The notes below the pieces were generated by a model. That model did no database searches and was not told the DNA's origin. It was given only the letters and a program-made list of their open reading frames with translations. A DNA stretch of 64,000 nt, taken from Phyllosticta citribraziliensis. Lineage: Eukaryota. Every line of letters begins with the position of its first letter. Positions within the stretch are counted from its first letter, which is position 1. A program made the position numbers and the translations under genes. Shown in pieces: positions 37,448 to 49,613 of the stretch. The stretch spans positions 2,232,001 through 2,296,000 of the forward strand of contig NW_027117341.1 of NCBI RefSeq assembly GCF_038025025.1, given 5' to 3'.

Positions 37448-38071
37448 ATGACACACGCGTTCCGACCAAGCAACAACAGATGTGGCACCGATGCTACCAC
37501 CACCAATCTCGATGATCGATTCCAACGCATTTGTCAATGGGCGGCGCTGAATGAAGTTGACGTGCGCGTTGTGGGAGAAAAGCAGCTAGAACAGCTGGTT
37601 ACAGAGCTCAGAGTCAAGAATAAGACAGCCAAGAAATTAGTTAAGAGGTGCATGCGTTTACTTGCTGGATCGCTTGGATGGATCGTGGCGGGGACAACCG
37701 AGCTAAAGCCAGCCAGCCAGCGAGTATGGCCGCTGTGGACAAAAGGGTGGCTGAGGAGTGACTGGAATGGGTCCATCGACGAACCAGGAGACTCGGAGAA
37801 GCAGAGGATTGCGCGCTGGTGGGCTATTATACAAGATGGTTTTGTAGAAGGAGGAGGAGGAGGAGAAGAAGACAGTGATGCGGTTTCCGACGTGGACGCT
37901 GCTGAGATGTCGACGAAAGCGGATAACAACTCTTGCGGCAAAAACGACCAAGATATACTGGATACCCTTCTTGAATACCTCTATCCTGGTAACGAAGATG
38001 AGAAAAGTTTGGTGATGGAGACACTTCTTGGACCTGGTGGCGGTAGGAGGAGGTATGAGTGGCTATTATAG
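37448..38071 (+). CDS. Hypothetical Trp-rich protein
   Basis: Open frame from ATG 37448 with globular-looking composition; divergent from the coiled-coil gene. Confidence 0.55.
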   Translation: MTHAFRPSNNRCGTDATTTNLDDRFQRICQWAALNEVDVRVVGEKQLEQLVTELRVKNKTAKKLVKRCMRLLAGSLGWIVAGTTELKPASQRVWPLWTKGWLRSDWNGSIDEPGDSEKQRIARWWAIIQDGFVEGGGGGEEDSDAVSDVDAAEMSTKADNNSCGKNDQDILDTLLEYLYPGNEDEKSLVMETLLGPGGGRRRYEWLL

Positions 38072-38312
38072 AAATGGGGGAGAAATGTGGTTTGGAACCC
38101 TTCAATCCGGGACTGCCAGGCATCAACTTTGCCCCGCAAGTCTTGACTTTGACTTTCGCAGGCGCCAATCTTGGTGTCTGGCAGGTTTTATTTTGAGCCT
38201 CGCAGGCTGACGCGTTGCTAGCGAGCAAAGGCTCGACGACGCTCTGCTGCAGCGCCGCCTGCACCGCTGAATTGAAAGGGGGCGACGTCGACTCGTCTAG
38301 CAAAAAGTCGTC

Positions 38313-38786
38313 ATGGAGCCCTCGTTTTGAACTTACACTCCGAAGGGAAAGTGTGCATACATGCGGAGCTCTGAGACATACGGGCGCCGCCGGCAGTCAC
38401 TCCAAAAGGTACGACGCTTCACCGATAAAGACGATGCCGCCTCAGAGAAAGAAGCCGTTGAGCATTCCGCCGCCACCGCCACTGTTCACAGAACCCAGCG
38501 CGCCTCGTCCAACATGCCGACCACGATCCGCCTCCGCCAGGCTCGCCCCAGGAGTACCGCCGGTACCACGGGCGTTGTCGTGTACAAGGCCAACAACAAG
38601 GCGGCCGCTGGCATCGCGCCCCGCCAGCGCAACGACCAGGACGAGATCCAGCGCCGCCTCGGCAAGATCGTGACGAATGAGCTCGCGGCTCTGCGCCAGG
38701 CCATCGACTTGCGCGCCAGCAGGACGGCTGCTACGGCTGAGGACCAGACGTCCCTCACCTATGCCCTCAGTCGCGTGGGATTGTGA
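38313..38786 (+). pseudogene. Decayed paralog of the CCCH zinc-finger/coiled-coil genes
   Basis: MEPSF*TYTPKGKCAYMRSSETYGRRRQSLQK aligns by eye to MPQCESF...KCSKRAKPGQRFCHWHQCIQY. It has a similar helical C-terminus (LSRVGL vs FDRLGVK) and an in-frame stop at 38328. Confidence 0.45.
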
Positions 38787-38849
38787 GCGGTGGCATTGGT
38801 TGGTTGGTCCCAATGATGATGGAGCTGGGGCGGACGGACGCATCTACGG

Positions 38850-39510
38850 GACGGCTTCATCCTGCCAAATGCCGCAGAAAACTGCGGAACTGCACCGCGG
38901 CGATGCACTTGCGATGCTGCCAGATGCGACATTCAAGGGACGACGGGCTGTGGGGATCCAGGGCGACAACGGAGATACAGCATGGTACTGTAGGCCGCTG
39001 TAGCGCAGGCGCGCCTCGGCGACGCAGGCTGCTGCTGCTGCTGCACCACTACGCCCAACAAACACGGCGCTGCCCATGCGCACGAGCGCGTCGGTCATCT
39101 CGTCGGCGTCGAAGCGAGGCGCACCTTGGATTCCGGGAGGCGGAAAGGATGCCAGGTTGATAGCAGACCCGGACTGAGGTGCGGGACCGTCCGAGGGGAG
39201 GCGGCAAAGGCCTAAAAACAGGGCCGTTCTCGAAGCGGTGAGGGTTCCATATTGATACCCACTGGGGTTGGCGCAGCGCCTGTAGCCTTGCCACGTAGCC
39301 TGTTGCTGCCGCGTGATTCTTGAGGCCGAGTTGGGACATGATGGCGTCCAGCGTCACGTATTCGAGCCTGCGCACGCTCGGCATCCGGGTTGATGGTAAT
39401 CTTTTCAGGGTCAGCGACCGCAGGAGCCGGCGCATTTCTGGAGTAGAAGGGAAAGGCGCGGTAGGGTCGAGGCCCAGGTAGTTGAAGACGTCGACCGAGG
39501 ATGGCGTTGG
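38850..39510 (-). pseudogene. Frameshifted paralog of the J-domain gene at 47253-48077; HPD lost
   Basis: NYLGLDPTAPFPSTPEMRRLLRSL...QWVSIWNPHRFENGPVFRPLP, then in other frames PPGIQGAPRFD..LVRMG..ACVAEARL and VVALDPHSPSSLECRI, all collinear with the intact copy. Confidence 0.85.
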
Positions 39511-39559
39511 GTGGTGGCTTTCTAAAGGACTCTTCTGGAGCTGCCAGTGTGGACGAGAT

Positions 39560-40250
39560 GGCAGCTGGCACGGCGGAATGGAGCGATGATTTGGACGAAT
39601 TCGCAACCGCCCGCCCGCACCGGGGAAGATTCTACGATGGTGGGCAGACGACGTGGTTACATCTCGCCCTGGACTCTGGCAGTCACCGACACGCTTTTCC
39701 GATTCACCAGCGGACAATGCGAATCGGTGGGGGATCCTGACGCGCGAGAGACCATGTCGGATACGTGGTAATGCGCGCATCAGAGCGTGAAACCCGCGCT
39801 CTAGACGCTGAGGGTAAGGTTGTGGAGCAGAGCAGAGCATCGCGACAATTGCCAAGTCGGGCGCCACAGGCCCACGCTACACTGCGGAGGAGGTCAGAGA
39901 CTGAGGCCTGGAGACATCTACTGGGAGCACGCCCACAAAGGAAGAGGGGCCGGTCGCCGAGTCCATTCTCGACATACCGGGCACACAGCTTGAGCCTGGA
40001 GAGGATGGCGAGGGAATGCTTTGCTTCAAGTAAGCCCCTTGAGCAGAGTGAGAATCCAGTGAGTTGAGGCATCGCGCGACGACACGACCGGGCGGACCAT
40101 AAGTGCAGACTGCAGTGCTGTATCGAGGTCATTACCGTACCACAGGCACCTGGGGCTGCACTGCACCTTGCGCGCGCGAGATCTGCTGTTGAAGTGCTGT
40201 TGAGTCGGTTGAGGCTTGCTGCCATCGAGGTCTCCGAGGAGGAAGTACAC
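39560..40250 (-). pseudogene. Decayed paralog of the C-terminal half of 48213-49613
   Basis: SCRRAMPQL...RGLLEAKH resembles HCRRQLRPV...RSHLNTKH, and RLERGFHALMRALPRI resembles RLFVSCNQLFDALPAL. Same position and orientation relative to the J gene. Confidence 0.45.
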
Positions 40251-43144
40251 TGACGGTCGGAATCAACCCATGGTGGTGGCTCACACACCAACAAGCGCTT
40301 GCGCCTCGCGCAGACAACCCCACCCGGTGTATCTCAATGTTCGGGCCCATGCGTGGTTTACAATACCCAGCAACCCTTTCCGGCCATGTATGGTACGTCG
40401 CTCGGTGTCTGTCTGCAGAAGGACGGTAGCGGTGGCCGATGAGCGCAATGAATCATCATCAACTGTTTCAAAAGTCAGTAGGCATAAATGATGCAGAGGG
40501 AAGGCGCCTACCTGAGGATATTTTCGCGTGAGATGTTGGGGAAGAAGACGGCGACATTGGGAATCGGCAAGGCCGCGGCGAGGTGCTGCTCTTGGGGGTC
40601 CACGAGGTGGGTGTTGTTGCTCTGCTGACAGGCCGTGGCACCATCTCGAAGGCTTATGATGAGGCGAGGTTGATGTAATGGATCATGGATGGTGAGAACA
40701 AGCCATTGCTGGACAATCGAGTTGAGGGAGGTCTGGGGCTGTCCGGGTCCGGGTCCGGGTCAGCCCACCGTCTCCCGACGAGAGGAATTTGACCAGAGTC
40801 AAAAAGACATGGAGGGAAGATGGGTTCCGAGGGAGGGTCGTTAGCCAGGGTTGGGTGCACTGTACCTAGGCACAGCCAGTAGTGCGGCGGGCGCAGCGGC
40901 ATTTGGCGCAGAACCGCCGCGGCTGGTCAACGATTGCAACACCCACTGTAGAGTGCCATCCATGCCCAGAAGTCCACCTATCGCCCCCTTGCCCTTGGCC
41001 GCTCGCACGCCGCAGGCATCCTTTCCCAGCCCGCCTCCTGTTTATTCATCGACGTGGCGGTCGCGGTTCCATGTCGTTGCCTGTCGTCTTGTTGCCATCA
41101 CCACCTCCATGTGTGTTTGTCGGTCGGGTATGTATGTATTGTGCTTACACGGGGCGAAAGGCTGCGTCGTCGGTCGAAGAGAGGGTGTGTCATCGGTGGT
41201 GGTGACGGAAGCGCTCGCGGAGCTCCTCGGGCATTTTCTTGGAGCTTGCGCTCTACTTGCGTGCCAGCATGCGGACTTTTGTGGCGAGGTGCGGCCATTG
41301 CATTGTTGCGAGGGCGAGGGCGAGGGCGAGGGCGAGGATGAGGTCGAGGACGAGGATGAGGTTTGTGCGATGAGAAGGCTTTTGCCGGGACTGCTGAGGT
41401 CTTAGTAAGCGTCTGAAACGCGCGACCGCTGCACTGATGACGGGCAAACCCAGCAGAAAACAATCTCCACCAAGAGGGACTGGACTGCACACGGGTGGAA
41501 ATCGCCTTTGGGCAAAGAAAGAAGAGCTGACCAAATCCAGAGTCTCCAGAGTGCCTCGCCGCCTCCTCTTCAAAACAACAAAAGGACCAAGGGCAGTGCC
41601 TCAGTCGACGCAAAAGCCTCTCCCTCCCGCTTGACGAGTTGGACAACATTGCGCGTGAGCAAGAAGCAGCCCTCAGGTCTGTCCAAATCCCTTAAGCGCC
41701 GCTTCGGCCAGGACGTGCAATACGCGCTCGCCGTCCGAGCCCGTGCCAACGTGCATGTCAGGCTTTGCTTGCATGCCACAAGGTAGCCAGGCAAGTCATC
41801 AACCGACTTGTGCATCTTTCGTCGGGGCACAGGCAGGACGATATATGGCGCAGCATCGAGCGCAAATCCAAAGCACTCACTGGGGGACTTTGTTTCACCA
41901 ACTTGGCGTTTCGAATAGCTAGCCGTCCTCGTCAGCGTGTCCAAGCGACCAAGACGCTGGCTGGCTGGTAGACACCCGATTCTCGACGCCGCCATCCGAG
42001 TACAGCCCGTGTGCCCTCAACTTCGCAGTGTATTGGCGAATGTTTGTCTAGTTTGAGGCGGTCGTTCGGCGGTCGTTCGGCGGTGGAGGACGACTAGATA
42101 AACACGCGTGTCAGCAATGTACCGGTGCGAACAGACGCGGCTTGGCTTGCGGGGCACTCCATGTCCAGGCAGTGGAAGAGTGTTGGACGCTCTCGTCTCG
42201 GCGTTGAGTCGTGCGATGACGGTAGCATATCGCGGCTCGCGGGGCTTTTGGTTTCGTCTGAGCGTCGGAGGCGGGGCAACGCGGACACGGGCGCAAGCGG
42301 ACAAGCTCAGGGCGCGGATGGAAATGAAATGTGAGTGAGGGAGGAGATGGAGCGCGATGGATCAGAAGCACGGTGGGTGGGTGTCGTGGGCGGCGAGGTG
42401 GACCGGACAGGCGACGGCCGGGGAGAGGTTGGTGGTTGGTCGGTGCATGTCCTCCTCGGTTGCAGGGCGTCATGCATGCATGCACGGCACAGAAGAGCCA
42501 GAAATTGACGGCGGGGGACGGGAAGAGCCACGGCGATACCACTCTTTCGTTTCCGGTGTCGTTATTGTCGTCGCTCCTTTGCCTTGAGCATACAACAGAA
42601 TAACGTTGCAGACGGCTACCTCAGCTAACTCCTCTGAGAAGCCAAATCCCAACGGTCCAGACGACCGAAGATGATGCGCCGGCACCCCAATCCTAGTATG
42701 AAAGCTCACGTTGCCCACTCGCATGTACCGGGAATGTGTCTGCTCTCAATCACTGGGGGAATTAAGCTGGGTCGTGGGTGGCTTGATTTGGTGTCGGAAG
42801 AGGTTTTTTTAGGTTTTTTTGGTTTTTTTCTTCAGATTTCTGGGAGCGCTGAGTGGGTCAATAGATGGCAAACTTGCTGGCTTGAGGTTCGCCCCCCCGA
42901 CTCTTCTTCTTCTTCTTCTCTTACTCCACGCCAAATCCGTCACAGTAACAGCTGTGCTCCGCGGGACAATATTGGCTTTCGCGCATGATGAAGATGTACG
43001 TACTGCCAGAGGTATTCTTCAAACACGCGGCCGGAATTGAAGTCGGCGAGCTCGGTCTCCACCAGCCATTTCCGGAGGTGCGTGAATTGTTCCTTTGGTG
43101 TTTCTAGGATGCGCTCCCTACTCACCGCAAACTACGCGCAGCAG

Positions 43145-44550
43145 AGATGAGGACAGGAAGTGAAGAGGCGAGCACTGCTGCTGCTGCTGCTGCTGTTACT
43201 ATATCGCCATACACTATGGAGTACGCACAGCAGAGACAAGGACAGGAAGCGAAGAGGCGAGCACTGCTGCTGCTGCTGCTGCTGCTACTATTACTATATC
43301 GCCGTAAACTACAGAGCACGCACTTCCTGTCCTCATCTCTTGGCTTCCCATTCTTGTCTCTTCTCTTCCTGTCCTTGTCTCTCTCGGCTTCCCGTTCTCG
43401 CCTCTTCACTTCCTGTCCTTGTCTCTTGGCTTCCCGTTCTCATCAGCAGAGACAAGGACAGGAAGTGAAGAGGCGAGCAGCCCGACCTTCAACACAAAGG
43501 CAAGAGACAAGAGCAGGAAGTGAAGAGGCGAGCAGCCCGACCTTCAACACAAAGGCAAGAGACAAGGGCAGGAAGTGAAGAGGCGAGAACGGGAAGCCGA
43601 GAACGGGAAGCCGAGAACGGGAAGCCGAGAACGGGAAGCCGAGAACGGGAAGCTGAGAGACAAGGATAGGAGTGAAGATGATGCGAGAACAGGAAGCCGA
43701 GAACAGGAAGCCGAGAACAGGAAGCCAGGAGACAAGGACAGGAAGTGAAGAGGCGAGCACGGGAAGCCGAGAGAAGGAAGATGAGAACAGGAAGCCAAGA
43801 GACAAGGACAGGAAGTGAAGAGGCGAGCACGTCAAGCTGCGAATCTGCTGCTCATATCTCTTGGCTTCCCGTGCTCGCCTCTTTACTTCCTGTCCTTGTC
43901 TCTGCTGTGCGTAGTTTGTAGCAATATAAGTAACAGCAGCAGCAGCAGAGGCAGTAAGCTGCGAATTTGTTGCTCATGTCTCTCGGCTTCCCCGTGCCCG
44001 ACCTTCAACACAAAGTCAAGAGACAAGGTCAGGAAGTGGAGGTGAGAACGGGTGGGAAGCCAAGAGACACGAGCATGGGAAGCTGAGCGAAGAGGTGAGC
44101 ACGGGAAGCCGAGAGACACGATTGGGAGGAGGCGAGCACGGGAAGCCGAAAGACACGAGCACGGGAAGCCGAGAGACACGACTGGGAGGAGGCGAGCCCG
44201 GGAAGCCGAGAGAACGACTGGGAGGAGGCGAGAGACACGACGGGAGGAGGCGAGCACGGGAAGCTGAAAGACACGAGCGAAGAGGCGAGCACAGGAAGCG
44301 GAAAGACACGAGCGAAGAGGCGAGCACGGGAAGCGGAAAGACACGAGCGAAGAGGCGAGCACGGGAAGCGGAAAGACACGAGCGAAGAGGCGAGCACGGG
44401 AAGCGGAAAGACACGAGCGAAGAGGCGAGCACGGGAAGCGGAAAGACACGAGCGAAGAGGCGAGCACGGGAAGCCGAAAGACACGAGCGAAGGGGCGAGC
44501 ACGGGAAGCCGAAAGACACGAGCGAAGAGGCGAGCACGGGAAGCCGAGAG
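43145..44550. repeat. Complex minisatellite with direct and inverted blocks (14-bp, 35-bp and longer units)
   Basis: Core gagacaaggacaggaagtgaagaggcgagcacgggaagcc. 14-bp unit x5 at 43585-43655 and 35-bp unit x~8 at 44245-44550. Reverse-complement blocks at ~43320-43440, 43855-43905 and 43975-44000. Confidence 0.9.
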
Positions 44551-44973
44551 AAGGGCATGATCCCACCAGCCAACCAGATACGGCAATCGGAGGACGAGGA
44601 CACCAGGATGGCGGCGCTCAAGGACGCGGGACACTTGTGAAAGGACATCAATACCAGGCGCACGCCGCGAGCAGCACGGCAAAGGTTCTACAACTTGCGT
44701 AGCCATCGGTCGGTCACCAGCGACGGACGAAAAGGCCTTCTTTGCGCAGTTCAACATCGCATTGCCCTTGGAAGATGAGTGCGTGATGGTTTTAGTGTAA
44801 AGTCTTCGCGCCATCATAACAATTAATTGTGTATAGTATGAGAGAGATGAATACGAAACAAACGAGTGTGGAAATTGAATAGAAACGGAACAATGTGGTA
44901 GTACTATGAGAGAGATGAATAGGAAACAAACGAGTGTGGAAGTTGAATGGAGAGACAGTGCGGTGCACCACGA

Positions 44974-45791
44974 CTAGCCAACACACGGTTTTTCGACGGC
45001 GTTGAGAGCAATGTCTTCGAGGAGCTCAATGCCGTTCTGGGTCATGAACAGGAGACTTGTCTTGGCTTCATTGTCGTGGCCGGCGTACTCGTTGAAGAAC
45101 TCGTGCAAGTCGCCAAGAATGTTGGTGATTTGCTTTTTGATCTTGATCTTTTGGACGAGGCGAGAGGCTGCGAGTAGTGGTGGTAGGTGTTTAGAGAAGA
45201 ATAATTAACATAGGGGGCGGGGGACAAGCTTACAGTGTTTGTTCTTTCTCTTCGGCACCTCCGTTGTAGAGGCTTTGTGCTTTCCTTTCAGAGAGTGCGT
45301 CGTGGAGGCTTTGTGCTTTCCTTTCAGCACAACATCGTCACCATCTTCATCATTCGTGCTCGGCCCATTGCCGCGCGATGGGAATTGTGAAAGGCGACCG
45401 TGAGAGGCTGGTGGCGTGGCGTGGTTGCTTAGCAAAAAAAGGGAGAGAGAAACATGAAGAAAAGAGGAAACTTACCATGCTTCTTTCCCTTTCCCTTTCC
45501 CGCAAAGAATCTCTCATCGCCACTTTTGACATCTCCACTATCCACGTCTTCTTCTTCGTCGTCGTCGTCACCATCGCTGCTCGACATGACAGATCCAATC
45601 TCAGTGTTGTTGTTGTTCTTGTTGTTGTTGTTAGGAGGGGCGACAACAAGGCGTCCTCCGTTGTGCTGACTAAACGTTGTGGATGACGAGGTTGGATCTT
45701 TATTGATGTGACAGTGGCAGAAGAATCCCTCCTTGACGAGATTGGAGCACTGCACTCCTTTCTTGGTGATACCGCTGCATTGGGTACGCAT
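44974..45791 (-). CDS. Small CCCH zinc-finger protein (CX9CX9CX2H) with acidic/basic linker and helical C-terminus, three exons
   Basis: MRTQCSGITKKGVQCSNLVKEGFFCHCH; GTAAGT and GTAAGC introns splice in frame to ...IELLEDIALNAVEKPCVG*. Confidence 0.75.
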
Positions 45792-46163
45792 GGTTGGTGG
45801 ATGTGATGATGGAGATAGAGAGAATGGAAAAGTAGGCGATGACTTGCCTTTTAAATGCTGGATCAAATTCGAGAAGACCTGGGAATGATAGGGGGGAGAG
45901 CGGCGTGGCCGAAAAGCTGCGCAAACGCCTCCGTCGGGGAAAAAGGTAAGACATTGAACCACCACGCGCCGGCCTCCATCGGGGCTCCGTCGGCCCTCCG
46001 TCATCGTGGTGACTCTGGTAGTCGAACCAAAAGTTCAAGAGGAAGGATCTCTTCTTCTCGTCCTGCTTGTATAAATGCCCGCGGTAGAATTAGAAAGTTT
46101 TTACCATCATCCAACCGCCACATACAAGCACAATCAAGAAGCGACTAAGACACATTGGAAAAC

Positions 46164-46742
46164 ATGAGCAAGAGGTTCAATTGCCAGTCATGGCTGAAGA
46201 ACCGGTCCCGCCCGTGCGGTAACCCAGCCAGGCGCGGAAGCAAGTATTGCGCGAGTCACGAGTACATCTCATACCCAGCCGTAAGTGGTGAAACTCCTAC
46301 ATACATGGTGACTTGGTCTGACATTTGCTGCGCTTTACCGTAGCCGGGCTCAGCATCTAGTGACGAGTACACAGATGGCGAAGAAGAAAAGCTAGTCGTC
46401 CTCACAGACGATTCGAGCACCGACGACAACAGCAAGGACGATGATGACGACGAGCTGGCTTCGGACGTATCGGCCTCGCAGAAATCACTCGCGAAGCCGA
46501 AGCGTGGCACTAAGGCCAAGGACCTAGCCCGCCACAGCCGCAAGTCGTCGAACCGCTCTATCGCCAGCAACAAGAAGGTTTCTTCGAAACGGACTGGCGG
46601 CGGCGGAGCACCGGACCGTCTCGGGACATCTGTGGCCCACGCTACCAAGATGTTGAAGGCAGCCTTCTTATCCCGCTTTGAGGAACTGGAAATGCTCGCG
46701 AGCTCGCTCGAAAAGCTGAAGCTGGAAATCAATATCAAATGA
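46164..46742 (+). CDS. Small CCCH zinc-finger protein (CX10CX10CX2H) with C-terminal coiled coil, 171 aa
   Basis: CQSWLKNRSRPCGNPARRGSKYCASH; phase-0 intron 46281-46343 (GTAAGT, CTGAC, TAG); TATAAA near 46070. Confidence 0.8.
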
Positions 46743-47252
46743 GTATGAAGACGGAGATGGAGATGGAGACGAACAAATTGCATCAAGTGGCTGAAAAGAA
46801 TTGAATATGGAGACGGAGATGGAGACGAACAAATTGCATCAAGTGGTTGAAATGAAATTGGAAAAAAGGAAGGAAAAGGGAGGGGAAACAAAGAAAAAAG
46901 GATGGTTTTGTTTCCGTTACTTTTATTCTAGTATACATGAGTGTAAGATGGAGCAAAGGGAATTCTTACAAGTAATGTTATGTGGCTGATGTTGTTTCTC
47001 GTGCCTACGCCTGGAATGGTCATTAGCTAGAGGATGATGGGCGAACATCATTAAGGTTTAGTGTGTCGCGAAAAGGGTGTCAAGAACAGCTTGAGATTTG
47101 CCAATCGTATAGAGATACTTCCAACTAACAAGAGGATAAAGGCATCAGCGAAAAAATAAAGCAAGCAAGACTGAAGTGGTGCAGCGTGCGCGCGCAGGGA
47201 GACCAGGTGCGCCGCAGAAATCGGGCGGAATCATGTTACAACCCCCTCCCCT

Positions 47253-48077
47253 CTATTTGATATGTGCCAAGAGGCTGTTGACATAGAGCTCAAGAGCAAG
47301 GCGCGGAACGCGTGCGAATACGCCAAGGAGTTGCAGTTTGCTCATTCGGGCGTACATGGAGCCATAACAAAGGCCTGCCAAGGCGACGAGCGCGCGAAAG
47401 TCGACGGTGCCCAGGTGCTGTGTTCCTTGGCAGATGGCGCACTCGAGGCCAGAGCGCGCCTTTGGATCAACGCGTACAACGGCCAAGCATGGGCAAGTGG
47501 CGCCGGCAAAGTGGAGACGCGCCACGGCGATGCACGCTCTGCGTTGGGATGGAGGCGAGGGAGGCGAGGAGAGAGCGCCCATGCGGAGCAGCTCAGCTGT
47601 CTTTTCTTGGTTGAGTATCGGTGGCTCCGCGTCTGAGCCGTCGAATTTTGGAGCGCCTTTGATGCCGGAAGGTGGGAGTGTGCCAAGGTCGACGATGGTG
47701 CGAGGCGACGTGGTGAACCGGCGGCTCCACGAGGGCAGTGGCTCAAAGAGAGGCCCGCCATCTACCCTGTGAGGATTCCACGTCGAAACCCATTGAGTCT
47801 TGTTGGACAGCGTTTGCATCCTTTGTCGGTACCCGGGCTGGTCAAGTCCCAGGTGGGTTTCGATGGCGCCGAGCACGACAAAGTTGAAACCTCGCTCAAG
47901 CTGCGCATGCCGGGCGATCGGGTTGGCCTTGGCCTTGTCGGGGTGAAGCAGGAGCTTCAGGGTTTTGAAGAGCTTGCGCATCTGGGCAGCGGTCGGGGGA
48001 AAGTATGGTGTAGTAGGGTCGAGGCCGAGGTAGTCGACGGCGTTGATCAAGTCCAAGCAGCACCCGTCATGAGACAT
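47253..48077 (-). CDS. J-domain (DnaJ-like) protein with Cys-rich C-terminus, 274 aa
   Basis: YLGLDP...QMRKLFKTLKLLLHPDK matches J-domain helices I-II plus HPD; C-terminal CPC...CAIC...H. Confidence 0.8.
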   Translation of the reverse strand: MSHDGCCLDLINAVDYLGLDPTTPYFPPTAAQMRKLFKTLKLLLHPDKAKANPIARHAQLERGFNFVVLGAIETHLGLDQPGYRQRMQTLSNKTQWVSTWNPHRVDGGPLFEPLPSWSRRFTTSPRTIVDLGTLPPSGIKGAPKFDGSDAEPPILNQEKTAELLRMGALSSPPSPPSQRRACIAVARLHFAGATCPCLAVVRVDPKARSGLECAICQGTQHLGTVDFRALVALAGLCYGSMYARMSKLQLLGVFARVPRLALELYVNSLLAHIK

Positions 48078-48212
48078 GTTGTTGTTTTTTTGTTGTTGTT
48101 GTAGGGGAAGAAAGTGGGTTTGATTGTTCTATCTTGTTCCATCCATCTTGCGGAGGTGGGTGGTAAAGGTGACTGGCCATGGCAGCCGAGGGAGAAGGAA
48201 GGGTCCCCACGG

Positions 48213-49613
48213 TCACAGGGCCAGACAGGAGCCCTGGGGTAAAAGGGCAGACTCGAGCAACTTGGCGTGGGCGTTTTGGAGCAGGACGGCGCCCTCGTCG
48301 ACGGGATCGTAATTGTCGCCCGAAAGCCGCTCACGGTCGACGATGGCGAGGCTGTTTTCGCGGAGCAGCTCGCCGTAGGGGCCGAGCGCGGGGAGGGCAT
48401 CAAAGAGCTGGTTGCAAGACACGAACAGGCGCAGGAAAGGCGAGTGGACGGTCGACGAGAAATGCTCGAACAGGGCCTCGGTCGCGAGTAGCTGGTCAGC
48501 AAAGGGCGGCGCAGAGATGAAGGGCAAGTCGAACTTGCAGAGACCCCAGCAGGAGCTCCAGCCGCCAGCCGCTTCGGCGTAGGCGGCGGCGCGGAGTTGG
48601 CGGAGACGCTCCAGGAGGTGGGCTTCACGGATAGAGAGGGCGTCGTTGATGGAAGTGACCAGGTCAGCGAGGTTCCAGCTTTGGGCGGCGATGGAGCAGA
48701 CGTCGTCGTGTTTGGTGTTGAGGTGCGACCTCGCGATGTCAAGCACGGGCCGCAATTGCCGACGGCAGTGCTCGTGTTCGATTCCGGTTCCGGTTCCGGT
48801 TCCGTCCGGGTATCCGAATCGGCCCGAACGGGAGCAGTGCGCCCAGAGTGCCGACTCGCCGAGGCTAGTCATCTGCATCACGTGCTCGAAAGTCAACACC
48901 ACACCGGCACCCAATCCTCCATCTCCAGCACCCGACCTGGACCAGCACACCACCTGCGTACGTACCTGCTCGTGCTTGGCCGTCACACCCGGCCCCGTCA
49001 TCGCCTCCGTCACCCGTTTCACCGGCGCTGCCATGGCCATCACCGCGCCGCCGATTTGACGCTTCCACACGTCCACCTCAGCCAGCCACGGCTGCTGCTC
49101 GGCGCCCTTCCAGTTGACAGCCTCGTTGCTCTCGTCTATCATCTTGTCGTATGCGGCCTCCACCTCGGCTACCATGTCCATGGCTTCCAGTGCCTCGCTC
49201 ACCACCGAGCTCGCGCACACGGGCTCCATCCTCTTCGTTGCGGGCACCCGGCCGCCGCGCCATTCTTCCCTTGGCCACCATACAACAACGACGACGATGA
49301 TGACCGCGGCCAGCACAAGGACGGCGATACACAACATGATGGTGGCCACGGTCGAGTTGACTCTGCCGGGCCAGGTGCGCGTCGCCGTCTCCGTGGCCCT
49401 GTTGAGTTCGGCGATGTTCTCGAGGCGTCGATGCATCGACGAGCGTCTCTGGCGCTGCGGCTCATTGCTCTGCTGCTCCTGCTGCTGCTGCTGCTGCTGC
49501 TGTGATACGTAGATGTTGGGCATCACGCCGTCACGACCGCGAGCCAAGTGGTAGATGGTCCACATGGTTGCGACCGTGCCTAACAAAGCGGGCAAAGACC
49601 AGCCGTCGGCCAT
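48213..49613 (-). CDS. Membrane-anchored helical protein of unknown function
   Basis: Long intact ORF with hydrophobic segments LPALLGTVATMWTIYHL and VATIMLCIAVLVLAAVIIVVVVVWW. A short upstream exon (ATG 49712, GTGAGT donor) is possible. Confidence 0.75.
   Translation of the reverse strand: MADGWSLPALLGTVATMWTIYHLARGRDGVMPNIYVSQQQQQQQQEQQSNEPQRQRRSSMHRRLENIAELNRATETATRTWPGRVNSTVATIMLCIAVLVLAAVIIVVVVVWWPREEWRGGRVPATKRMEPVCASSVVSEALEAMDMVAEVEAAYDKMIDESNEAVNWKGAEQQPWLAEVDVWKRQIGGAVMAMAAPVKRVTEAMTGPGVTAKHEQVRTQVVCWSRSGAGDGGLGAGVVLTFEHVMQMTSLGESALWAHCSRSGRFGYPDGTGTGTGIEHEHCRRQLRPVLDIARSHLNTKHDDVCSIAAQSWNLADLVTSINDALSIREAHLLERLRQLRAAAYAEAAGGWSSCWGLCKFDLPFISAPPFADQLLATEALFEHFSSTVHSPFLRLFVSCNQLFDALPALGPYGELLRENSLAIVDRERLSGDNYDPVDEGAVLLQNAHAKLLESALLPQGSCLAL

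Noticed and set aside
41250..42330. Possible minus-strand gene remnant
   Set aside because: Patches look coding, but frames are broken and no consistent model or motif could be built.
44016..44817. Several 180-260-aa ORFs on both strands
   Set aside because: They are products of the stop-free 35-bp repeat cycling through frames, not credible proteins.
48597..49505. 302-aa plus-strand ORF
   Set aside because: Antisense shadow of the GC3-rich minus-strand gene 48213-49613.
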